Shown here: positions 12,284 through 24,711 of the stretch, piece after piece
How the letters are laid out: every line of letters starts with the position of its first letter
Numbering within the stretch: position 1 is the first letter of the stretch
Assembly: GCA_951406725.2 (NCBI GenBank)
Contig: OX597816.1
Span: 51,584,001-51,648,000 of the forward strand
Source: Octopus vulgaris
Lineage: Eukaryota
DNA length: 64,000 nucleotides
Direction: 5' to 3'
Notes under the pieces: generated by a model
The model's database searches: none
What the model saw: the letters and a program-made list of their open reading frames with translations, nothing else
Told to the model about the DNA's origin: nothing
Translations under genes and position numbers: made by a program

Positions 12284-12447
12284 TTACATCGAAACTAACT
12301 ATGACTTAAGTTTTCCTCTCACACCGTCTCCGATGAAGGGATATTATTAACTAATATCCTAGAAACAGCTGTAAGACCTTCTATCTATAAATGCTTTAAT
12401 ATCTATACAACCTTGGTTTTTTATCTTATTACGCAAAAAATTCTTAT
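12284..12447 (+). mobile_element. PLE-like terminal fragment family P2, copy 2
   Basis: Paralog of 6934-7097. Confidence 0.7.
12326..12377 (+). ncRNA. Hammerhead motif, CCGAUGA (U4C) variant
   Basis: gtct-CCGAUGA-stem II (GGAUAUUA/UAAUAUCC)-GAA-ACAGCUGU-A-agac; stem I gtct/agac is perfect. Confidence 0.65.
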
Positions 12448-12593
12448 ACACACACGCTGTCATAGAACCAATGTTGAACACTTTATTCGCAATAGTACCG
12501 AATCTGGAATTTAACGATGGTCTCTCTATAGCACTTATTCAACATTACCTGACACCGTTGGGTCTCAATGACACCATTATTTCATATGACCTC

Positions 12594-12644
<51 letters not shown>

Positions 12645-12978
12645 TATATACATATATATATACATACATATATACGTACATACATATATACATACATACA
12701 CATACATACATACATATATGTTTGCTTATAGGTATATATTTATACATCAATGGTTTGGACCATACTCATCTGGAAACGTGCATATGTATAGTTATTGTTG
12801 AACCGTATTAAGACCATGATGTATATAATACAACAGTAATTACAAACTAATACTCATCTGCTGTAACAGGTGTGATGATTTGTAGTAAAGCCTGTTCAAT
12901 CCATCTTCTCTTACTAAAATACAGTTTACACAGACAGATAGGCACATGCATAAAACCATATAGATAGTCAAATAGATA

Positions 12979-13568
12979 TATTTCTTTATTGCCCACAAGG
13001 GGCTAAACGTAGAGAGGACAAACAAAGACAGACAAAGGGATTATTACATTGACCCCAATGTGTAACTGGTACATTATTTGTCGACCCCGAAAGGATGAAA
13101 GGCAAAATCGACCTCAGCGGAATTTGAACCCAGAACGTAATAGCTGAAGAAATTACTATTTCTTTACTACCCACAAGGGGCTAAACACAGAGAGGACAAA
13201 CAAGGACAGACACACGGATTGAGTCGATTATATCGACCCCAGTGCGTAACTGGTACTTATTTAATCGACCCCGAAAGGATGATAGGCAAAATCAACCTCG
13301 GCGGAATTTGAACTCAGAACGTAGCTGCAGAAGAAATACCTATTTCTTTACTACCCACAAGGGAGTAAACACGGAGAGGACAAACAAGGGCAGGAAAATG
13401 GATTAAGTCGATTATATCGACTCCAGTGCGTAAGTGGTATTTAATTTATCGACCCCGAAAGGATGAAAGGCAAAGTCGACCTCGGCGGAATGTGAACTCA
13501 GAACGTAACGGCAGACGAAATACGGCTACGCATTTCGCCCGGCGTTCTAATGATTCTGCCAGCTCGCC
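12979..13568 (-). mobile_element. SINE family B head-to-tail trimer
   Basis: Units start at about 12979, 13157 and 13341; only the unit ending at 13568 has the full tRNA-like head. Confidence 0.9.
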
Positions 13569-14061
13569 ACAGATAGATAGCTAGCTAGCTAGCTAGATAG
13601 ATAGATAGATACATACATACATACATACATACATACATACATAAATACATACATACAATCGTACATACATACATGCATGCAATCGTACATACATACATAC
13701 ATGCAATCGTACATACATACATGCATACATACATACTTACATACATACAGTCGTACATACATACATACATACATACATACATACACAGATTCATATAATG
13801 CTCACGCTCATAGAGAGTAAGAGAGGGGCAAGATAACAAAAAGGCAGTGTGTAGTTATTTTTCTAACCTTCTCTTCAAAGGTAATTAATTATACGTGAAT
13901 CATTTTATGCATAAATGAATATACTGAATATATAGATATGGCGTGCTGCTATGCTTTCATGTATACAAGTATTACACACTTACACAAATACCTGCTAAGA
14001 AACACACAGCTTATATATTTGAGTGTGTGTGTATATTGTGTATGTCTGTGTATTCGAGTTT

Positions 14062-14222
<161 letters not shown>

Positions 14223-14721
14223 TATATATACATATATATATACATATATATATATGTAAATATTTATATGTATGTATATATATATATATAAATATATGTG
14301 TGTGTATATTTATATATATATATATATACTTGCATATATACATACACATACATAAACACATGCACCAATAAAGATGCGTACATGTCTATGTGTGGTTGTG
14401 TCTATAGATATGTGCGTGTGAGTGTGTGCGTGCCTTTGTTCTTTCGATTCTACAAACATTATTGAACCTTTTCATCACTAAATGTTTGTTATTATTCGTC
14501 ACTTTACTATACTAACATTATTATATTTCAAACAGACACGCATACAAAAACACATGCGCGCTCACAGCGAACCCACGTATATATAGAACAGATTATATAT
14601 GTATGTCCATATATACATATCTACCAATAACCGTGCATACACACACAATAAAATAATCTCATAGAAAAGGCCTGCATATAGTGATATACTTTATTTTAAG
14701 CAGCAGAAAATTCAACAAAAT

Positions 14722-14759
14722 CTGTTACTCTGAGTTTCTCGTTGCCGTTCATCAGACAG
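14722..14759 (-). ncRNA. Minimal type-I hammerhead ribozyme motif
   Basis: ctgt-CUGAUGA-aCG(GCAA)CGa-GAA-ACUC(A)GAGU-A-acag; canonical core, perfect 4-bp stem I. Confidence 0.7.
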
Positions 14760-14934
14760 TTTTTGCTAGAATGGAACTGATATATCAATTCAATCTATAC
14801 TCTTACAAACGCTACACCTTTAAAAAGAAATGGACTTGTTTGATTGGCCCTTTAGAAAAAACGGTCAATCTTCGAGCGATAAACAAAAAGGTCAAAGATA
14901 TATGTATATATATATAAAAAACTATATATATATA

Positions 14935-14968
<34 letters not shown>

Positions 14969-15037
14969 CGTAATAATGTGTTTGCATGTTCATGCGTATG
15001 CATGTATATATACATATGTATATATTTCTCTCTCTCG

Positions 15038-15074
<37 letters not shown>

Positions 15075-15401
15075 TGTATGTATGTATGTTATTCACCAAC
15101 AGATATAAGCATTGTTCCTTTAATATTCAAAAGCATCAAACTTTTACTATTATCGCATACTTCTGTTTAATTTCATGAAATATTCTGTTTGTTTATTATA
15201 TCAGACTTATTATCTTGTCTAACAAAGCTCTATAGTTACTCTTGTTTGTTTTTTAAAATGTTCTTATTGTTTATTTTAATTATGAAAGGACAATCTATAT
15301 GTATATATTGTAGTATGTATATATATGTATATATATATATATATATACAAACATTTATATATATTCGTGTGTATGTGGATCTGCTAGTGTGTGTGTATGG
15401 T

Positions 15402-15446
<45 letters not shown>

Positions 15447-15618
15447 CTATTCTTTCAGTTTTCGCACTCTGCCTTTCTCTCTTTCTCTCTCTCTCTCTCT
15501 CTCCTTCTCTCTCTCTAACACAAACTACATCTATATTTCTCTTAGTATATAAATTTCATTCCTGTTCACACGCACATATATATATTCACATATGCTTGTA
15601 TGTATGTACGTATGTATG

Positions 15619-15652
<34 letters not shown>

Positions 15653-15895
15653 TGTATGTATGTATGTATTTGTATATATATGTATGTATGCATTTCTGTG
15701 TGTGTGCATATATAGATCTAGCTATCCCTCTCTACGTATGTTTGTGTGTGTGAGAACGTGTTTGTGTATGTTTATAGATATAAATATGTATTTATACATT
15801 AATACATTAACACACATATGTGTATGTGTTTGTATATGTGTATATATATATATATAATTATATAATATAGATATATAGATATTATATATACATAT

Positions 15896-15936
<41 letters not shown>

Positions 15937-17821
15937 CATATATCACATATATATATATAATATATATACGCACACACACAGAGGAGGAGAGAGAGATGCA
16001 TATATATATATTTATATGGATGGACACCTAACCAGATAAATCTTTACTACAGGGAAATTAATTTTCTACTCCAATATTATATCTATCAATGCTTCGATTA
16101 CTTTGAAGTTTTTGCCAACTCTCCCTTTCTCCGTCTTTTTATGATTCCCTCATTTTTTGCATCTCCTTTTTTTCTTTTTTGCTGTTGCTATTGTTTTACC
16201 GTTGTTTACTCTAGCTCTCTGGTTATCTGTTTCTATATTTATTTATATATCTATTCAATTATATGCAAATTTTTATTTTACTACATATATTTGCACCGTA
16301 CAAATGATATTTCTCTTATTGACTTCTGTATTTTCGTATTTTCTATTTCGATGCTTTTACACTTGCCCCAGGCCGACAGAGCCATTGGGTAAGGCATGAT
16401 TGAGACAACGATAGGGAATGGTATTCCTTCTCCTATAAAATACTGCAAGTCCCCCTTCATTTCTTGAATTTGTACTGAGTTGTCATGTCGTTCAATAAAT
16501 TGGATGAAAATGAAAATGGACGTTACACGTTAGAATCGAGGATATTTCTCCACTACTTATATGTTCAGTGTTTTGTTGCAATCCAGTTGGTTTTAAAGAG
16601 ATGTTCTCTTTATGGATTCGTGCTTAATATATATTTTTTTAATTTTCTCATTCTGCTTTTTAAAAATCTTTTTGGATATGATATTACGCTCAGACACTCG
16701 ATTCATTCGTCTATTCTTATGTTTCGTCATAAATACTGTCTACATCCCCAGGCCTCATCGTCAGCACTATACAATATACTTCTGCAGCAGTATTCAATCT
16801 TTCTCGAAGTTCTGCCTAACAAGACATCCCTGCAGTCGATAACTTATAACTTTGTTAGCATCATATTAAGAGCAGCAATTTCGCTGACCTGAGAAAACAT
16901 ACCACAGCCAACGGTGCTGCGTCTTCAATCAGACAAAACGAATAAAACATCGATGTTAACATCCAAGTGTTTTGTATTTCATCTTTGTAATATAATCCAT
17001 TCTACGATTATGAGGTATAGAGATATCATTTCTGTTTCTACAAATATAGTTAAGTTGGTGGCTTATTAAGCACTTTTCTGAAAGATACTGTTCCAGAAAA
17101 CCTGATAAAGTCTTATAAATACTAAGTCAGGGACTGTGTCATTAGCATGTGGGAGTTCGAGGAAGAATCTGTCGAAGTTTCGTCACATGTCCTGTTACGC
17201 CTTGTAAATATACACCAAACTATTTGAACACGAAGCTTATGTATTAGTAGAGAAATATTTTCTTTATTCGGTTATTTCTTCCACTGTACATCTTGTGCTA
17301 ATAGTAACACCTGTATCTGCTTAGCAACATATGCTGGGTCAGACTGTTCTCAGACAGTTAGATAAAATATATTTTATTAGTATTATGTTTTGTAATATTT
17401 TTTGGCACAAAATATTTTCTTTTTATGTGATGGGACACTATAGACAATACAGAAACCATTATTTGTTTGTATTATTGCTATTAATTGTATTATAAATATC
17501 AAACTTTTGTGTACCTTTTATTTCTTCTACTTTCCTTTGTCTTCTGTACGTGAGAATATGAACGTATATGTGTCGGACTGTGAATGTGATCCTCTGTGTA
17601 TGTGTGTGTGCGTGTGTGTATGTATGTGTATTTGTGTCTGCGCGCATGCGTTTATATGTTTATGGAAGTGCATTGATCTCTTCTTTGATTCGTTTTGTTG
17701 AACTGCGCCGTTTTGTTCTCTGTCTATACGTGAGTGTGTTACTGTATATATGTGGGTATGTGAATATTTATGTGTGCCTGTCTCTACATATATATATATA
17801 TGTATAGTTATGTATATTATA

Positions 17822-17874
<53 letters not shown>

Positions 17875-18954
17875 GCATCTACATATATGAATATAAGTAC
17901 GTATACATGTACTTGTCTTTACGGCTTGATCTGTTGAATGCGCTGTTTTTGTTCCGGTTCAGGATTTATAGCAGCACGTCACACTGACGTATAACATTGC
18001 TATACTTCATACGACACCATACGTTATTGTTCTATTACGTTCAAGAATCCATGGAAGTTGTGTTCCGTGCATGTAGTTTGATGTATTTAAGTCGGATTTA
18101 TGATATATTCATTGTAGTCACAGAGCACAGGTCTTTAAACTGAACGTTTATGTGCTTGCTTTTAGAGGCATCAGGCACCAAAATGAAACTTTGACATGTA
18201 TAATGATGATTTATGCGGTCATGCTTATATGTAAGAATATATTTTCCTTCTGATCCTCGCTTTTATATATTTTCCCTACATAACATATTACCGTTTGAGA
18301 TAAAGTATAAATATTACTACAACCATTCTGCATTTGTTGAAAGAGAATCATTATAATCAGTCTTTGGTTAATGCTTGTGATGTCACTAAATCTATTACAG
18401 TAATTTAAAAGTTTCATTTTCAGAGTATTCTCACTTTTCCTGCAATAAGTTTTCATTGATTTATTTATAAATTGGTATATTTTATTGATATACTTACATT
18501 ATTTAGTTAACATTTAACGCATATATATGTATTGTATAGGCGGAGTCGTTTGAGCGTCGGACACCCAATGTCTGGTGTGGTTTATTCCAGTTTATTGCTT
18601 AATGAGGCCAAATCCTGGCGAAAACCGTTTTCTTTTTAATCTGTCTGGGATCGAAAAACAAAGAACCATTCTAATGGGTTGAGCCGGTGGAAGCGTGAGA
18701 TGGTATTTGTTGCAGTATTTATTCTTATTCCTGGCGTTCTACGTTCAAATTCTACTGTGACCTAAATTAGTGAAATACTTTATCCGTGACTCTTTCTAAC
18801 AGAACATTCACCACTAATTATAACCAGTTCTTGGTGGTTTAAGCCGAGTTCAACCTATTATAACTATTAAGAACTGGTCTCCAGTTAAAGGATACCTTCT
18901 ACCCTTGATTCCACCAGTCTTGTATTCCATGCAATGACTCATTTTAATTTAACC

Positions 18955-19152
18955 AGGAGTGGCTGTGTGTTCGCTTGACAACCGATGCTGGTGTATTTAC
19001 GTCCCCGTAACTTAGCGATTCGGCAATAGAGACCGATAGAATAAGTACTAGGCATACAAAGATTAAGTCCCGGGGTCGATTTGCTCGACTAAAGGCGGTG
19101 CTCCAGCATGGCCACATTCAAATGACTGAAACAAGTAAAAGAGTAAAAGAGT
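18955..19152 (+). mobile_element. SINE family A, internally deleted
   Basis: ggagtggctgtgtg head joined to cgcttgacaaccgatgctggtg...aaacaagtaaaagagtaaaagag. Confidence 0.85.
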
Positions 19153-19539
19153 ATTACCAGAATATTCAGAAGGATGTTTATTTTCATAATCATGCAGAGA
19201 AAAATTATTAGAACAGTATTGCTTAAATAAGTAAATCCTGTTTTTGCCAATTTATATTTTTACATTCACTTCTTCCCCTAGTTCAAGTCATTAATGCAAT
19301 TTTATACGAATTGCTAATACACACACATATAATAAGGGTGAAAAATTGGATATTAATTTGATTAATATGAATTGAAAACCAGTGGTGTAGCATATAAGAC
19401 CATAGCGGATCTTCTTCTAGCAAAATGGATGACCACTGTTAATGGTTCATCCCTGTTATATAATACTTTCACTTTAATAGTTTCAGTATTAAAGTGAATG
19501 TCTGCATTACAATAGAGAGATGTCTTTGTTTCACTTTTA

Positions 19540-19752
19540 ACACGTAATATTGAAATAGTGGAGAAGATATGATATTGCTGTGGGGTCGCCCTAGGGAAAA
19601 AGTTAAAATGTTTTGCCGATGACACTCCCCGGACCTTAAGTAAGGCATGTGTAAAATTTGAATGAAATTGGTTGTGTAGTTCTCAAGTTTTAGGGAAACA
19701 CTCAGACGGACAGACACACACACACACATTCTCAGTTTTATATATAGAGAGA
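19540..19752 (-). mobile_element. Non-autonomous Helitron-like 5' portion
   Basis: Minus strand begins TCTCTATATATAAAACTGAGAATGTGTG...GTCTGTCCGTC...CCAATTTCATTCAAATTTTACAC. Confidence 0.6.
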
Positions 19753-19843
19753 GATTCAGACAGACAAACAGACATACATACATACAGACAGATATATAAA
19801 TAGATAGATAGATAGATATACGTGTGCGTTTGCTCAGCCATAG

Positions 19844-19888
<45 letters not shown>

Positions 19889-19985
19889 CATTATAAATAT
19901 ATGTGAATGTGTTATGATACATAAATATATCTGCGTTGCGTACGAATGTATGTAAACAGCTATATAGATAGACTGGCTGATAAAC

Positions 19986-20044
<59 letters not shown>

Positions 20045-20680
20045 CAGACAGACATAAAATATACAAGTGTGAGTGTGTGTGAGTATGTATGTGTATATAT
20101 TTGTGCGTATATGCGTGTACATATTGTATTTGTGAGTATACATGCACATAAAAAAAAAACACTTTTAGCGATACACGTTAACTTCTATGAATTTTGCTTT
20201 GTTTTTCTTCCTATTTTGGAAATTATTTCACTGGAAATTGATCGAATAGTAAATAACAATTCCATGACAATTCTTCACATGAATCTCATTCCATTCAAGA
20301 CATACATTTTAGAAGAAAAAACAAACACAGATTAACATAAATACATAGTGTGATATAAATACAAACGCAAATACAATTACGTACTCACAGTTGAAGACCA
20401 ACAAATGTGTGTATGTGTGCATTTGTGTGTGTGTGTGCATACATATATACATGTATGCGTATTGAGTATTACAAATATTTCTCTGCGGGTGGTCAGTTCA
20501 ACACACCGTTCGGCAGCAGAGCTAATAGTTGATAGTGCCTTAGGGCCCTTTCATGCAGCTACAAACTTAGTCAATTTTAAATGCTTGAGAAGAGTATTAG
20601 TGACATGTATTTTGAATTAATGCATATATATATTTTTTTAATATCAAATATTCATACATTTTTCATCGCATATATATACA

Positions 20681-20753
<73 letters not shown>

Positions 20754-21232
20754 GAGCAGTGGATACTGTAATTGATGTTTAAAATAAATTATTGTAATGG
20801 CTGACGGCAATTTTCTATTTCTTTGCCTTGTAAATAATCAATTCGAAGATAAAATAGGATTTTTTGTTCGTGCTGATACTAATCCATTATTAAAAAAAAA
20901 AGACTAACAACTATGAAATGCACTGCGCATGACATCTATATATCTCTGAATCTAAGTACCGGCATGTTTGAAGTATTGAATATTTCGTTTCGTCAGTGCA
21001 CAAACACAATTTCGTTCCGTTGATTAGTAACTTCACAGTGGAATTTGGTTTTGGTAGAAGATATATGTACAACGACCATTACATTCAAACATACACACAC
21101 ACACACACACAGACATCCATTCTTTATAATTTGTAACTTACACCTTTACCATTTATGAAGTCAGCATATGAGTTCTACGGTGTTCTTATAAGCTGACAAG
21201 CCGAGTTGAGTTTAGCCCAAGGTTCCGGTGAG

Positions 21233-21282
21233 AGCCACTGACGAGCGTTAATGTAAATGCAAAAATCACTGCTGATCTGGCT
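21233..21282 (+). ncRNA. Hammerhead motif with mutated G12
   Basis: agcca-CUGACGA-GCGUU(aaugua)AAUGC-aaaa-AUCA(CUGC)UGAU-C-tggct; stems I, II and III all pair. Confidence 0.55.
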
Positions 21283-21867
21283 ATGCCCGTTTCTTAGGGA
21301 GCTTGCTTCTATTGCGAGTAAATAAGACGGTGGTTCGTTATTGCGGTTATGAATTGCTTTGACCCTTATTTCTAGCCATACTGGTGCTGTATAGCGTTCT
21401 CAGTTGATTTACTGACGTATATATGTTTGCCTTACGGTTGAAAAATTGATAACAAGCTAAACTTATTATTTAGGTATGTATATAATTGTGTGTGTATAGG
21501 CGTATATGTACTTATATGTGTTTGTGAATGTGTGTGTTTCGATATTTAGTTTTATGCTATATAGGTTTGTGGGGATTTTTTCGCTCCGCTTGCTTGTATG
21601 CTGTTGAATCTGTTATTTTCAGTGTTAATTTTTTGGTGGTCCAAATGAGGATTTTAACTCTCATTTCTAGCGTGTAGACACTTTAATGCGTCCTTCTGAT
21701 TTATATAATTTTAATTCTATAGCCATATAGATTTAGGCCTGATTTAGGCCTGCGACCAACTATATTAATATTGTTGTTATTATCAACTATTTGTATTGCC
21801 TTTGACAATAATAAAATATTAATATCTGTATAAATATTCGCTTCTGAATATTTTTCTACTGATTATA

Positions 21868-21933
<66 letters not shown>

Positions 21934-21939
<6 letters not shown>

Positions 21940-22090
21940 CTTCATTTAACGTCCGTTTTCCATGCTAGCATGGGTTGGACGGTTCGACCGGGGTCTGGGA
22001 ATCCAGGAGGCTGCACTAAGCTCCAATCTGATCTGGCAGAGTTTCTACAGCTGGACGCCCTTCCTAACGCCAACCACTCCGTGAGTGTAG
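21934..22090 (-). mobile_element. SINE or RTE-type 3' end
   Basis: Minus strand ends ...gcatggaaaacggacgttaaatgaagatgatg; contains the ggacgcccttcctaacgccaacc motif. Confidence 0.55.
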
Positions 22091-22119
22091 TATGTATTCG
22101 TGAGTGTGTGTGTGTGTGA

Positions 22120-22443
22120 AGAACCCCTTAGGTCATGAATGACCATGGGATTGCATCTAGAAATCAAGGCAGAAGTCTGAGCAAGATTGTTTATGGAAGA
22201 CCAGCAGTGACCCTTGCATACCAGCCTCCCCTCTCCACGCCACCGATGTTATCCAAGAGAAAGGCTAAGACTGATACAGCTTGACACCACTGTAGTCACA
22301 ACTCATTTCTACAGCTGAGTTAACAGGGTTAATGTAATATAACCTGCCTCGCTCAAGAACAGAACACACAGCCCGGTCCGGGAATCGAACTCACTACCAC
22401 ATGATTGAGTTCGACGATTTTATTACCAAGCCATGCACTTCCT
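22120..22443 (-). mobile_element. tRNA-head CORE-type SINE
   Basis: B box gagttcgattccc and CORE-like gttcttgagcgaggcagg on the minus strand. Confidence 0.65.
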
Positions 22444-22460
22444 TACACACACAAAATATA

Positions 22461-22564
<104 letters not shown>

Positions 22565-23438
22565 CACGGCATGGCCGCGGCCTTCGGGCTAAAACATTTT
22601 TAAGGATTTAAGCATTTATATATCTTGTTGCAACAGAGATTCTCGAAGCATATAAAGCTATGTGTAATGGAGTGTATATAGTATGTCATCATACACATAC
22701 GTGGGGTGAGGGTCAGGCGGCGTTTGCGCTAGTACAATCGGTGCATCGATCTGCGTCTCTTTACATGTGTGTCTGTGTTGTCCGTTCTATAATTAAAATA
22801 AATCATAAAATAAGTACGAGATTGAAATCATTACTGGTGCAGATATCATTGATTGCAATCTATTTAATGTGATGCTCAATAACTGAAGCCAACAAAAGAC
22901 TAATTATTATGTGTAACAAGGCGAAGGCACCAATGGGTTATTTTTTTTAAAGGATTTATTTCGCAACGACGTTATTATGGATTGAATTCCACGCCGTCAC
23001 TATTTGTTCAAATGATATCTGCTATAATTTATGACTTGAATGAAACTAGATACAGAATAGCTATAATGAATATGACTACAATAGAAGACTTCAATTACTT
23101 ATTACCCTGATCTGATCCCATTTATCCCTCCAGGGTCTCTGCTCATTCTGCTATTATTTATTTATGCATTTCTACCATAGCGGTATGAAGTATAGTGTTC
23201 GGTTAAGAATTCCGGAATTTCAGTTCACATACTCGTGATTTCAGCTTCAGTCCCTGCACTTAGCAACTCAAGCAACTGTTTTCTGCTATAGATAGGGGTT
23301 AGACAATAACTCGAATGTGAAATATTATTTGAGTAAAAAGGAAAATTAAAATGCATTGTCGGATCGGTTTGACCGACTAAATCGTTCAAGTCAATGTGCC
23401 TGAATGTTTGCAGTCAAATGTGCTGTCACGAAGTATTA

Positions 23439-24711
23439 CGAGGGACGTTCAATAAGTAATGCCTCTGACCCACTTGCAGTTTTGCATGTGCAATTATCTG
23501 TACCTCTATAGATGAAGTGGTAAATTACAGCTCTGAACTAATTGTGGTTTCTGATTTACAGGTGTTTGAACCGAGTCAAGTGTGAAATGGAGCCTGTTGA
23601 GTGTCGAGCAGTGATCCGCTTTTTATATTTGAAAGGACGCACACCACGGGAGACTTTTGATGAAATGAAAGTAACTTATGGTGATGATACCCCATCATAT
23701 GACCTTGTAAAACGCTGGCATTGTGAATTCAAACATGGTCGGAACTCTGTGGAAACAGCTCCCAGATCTGGTCGCCCCCTACTGCTATTGATGAGGCATC
23801 TGTCCATCAAGTTGAGGCTGCCATTTTGGAAGATCGACGCATAACTATTCGCGAAATAGCCCATGAGGTCAAGATTAGTACCGGTTCTGTGGAAACCAAT
23901 TATTCATGACCATTTGCATATGCAAAAGGTGTCTGCCAGATGGATTCCCAGGTTACTCACACCTTTCCGGAAGCAAGAATGCGTCGAGTGCTCGAGGATG
24001 AATTTGGAGATGTGCCAAGAAGATGAGTCAACATTTTTCAAAAGACTGATTACACAGGATGAAACCTGGGTCCATCACTATGATCCAGAGACAAAAGCCC
24101 AGTCAATGCAGTGGAAGCACCGTGATTCACCTCCTCCAAAGAAGGCAAGGGTGCAGCCCTCCACTAGCAAGGTCATGCTCACAGTCTTCTGGGACCAGGA
24201 CGGAGTAGTGATGACAGATTTCCTGGCAAAGGGTACCACAATTACAGGAGCCTATTATGCTTCACTTTTGAGGAAATTAAGAGAAGCTATCAAAATCAAG
24301 AGGCGGGGCAAGATCAGCAAAGGCTTCCTCCTCCTGCAGGACAACGCTCCGGTCCACAACTCGATGGTCGCCAGATCAGAAGCACAGGCGTGCGGCTATG
24401 AACTCCGCCCCCATGCCCCTACTCTCTTGACTTTGCACCCTCGGATTTTCACCTCTTCCGAGCCATGAAGTTGTTTTTGAAAGGAAAGTGTTTCCCAGAT
24501 GATGCAGCCTTGATTTCTGACGTCACGTCGTGGTTGGAAGACCAAGCTGGGGTCTTCTACAAAAACGGTCTCCAGAGCTGCATCAAACGATGGTAGAAAT
24601 GCGTAACTCTGGGTGGTTTCTATGTAGAAAAAGACTAATAACTGTGCCAAGTTTCGTTGCTCTACTGCTATGGGAAGTGGGTGAGGGGCATTACTTATTG
24701 AACGCCCCTCG
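23439..24711 (+). mobile_element. Full-length mariner (DD34D, irritans-like) with TIRs and TA TSD
   Basis: TA|CGAGGGACGTTCAATAAGTAATGCC ... GGCATTACTTATTGAACGCCCCTCG|TA; 1273 bp. Confidence 0.95.
23587..24638 (+). pseudogene. Mariner transposase, frameshifted
   Basis: MEPVECRAVIRF...RSGRP; WIPRLL; TQDETW; QDNAP; YSLDFAPSDF; about 3 frameshifts and a late premature stop. Confidence 0.92.
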
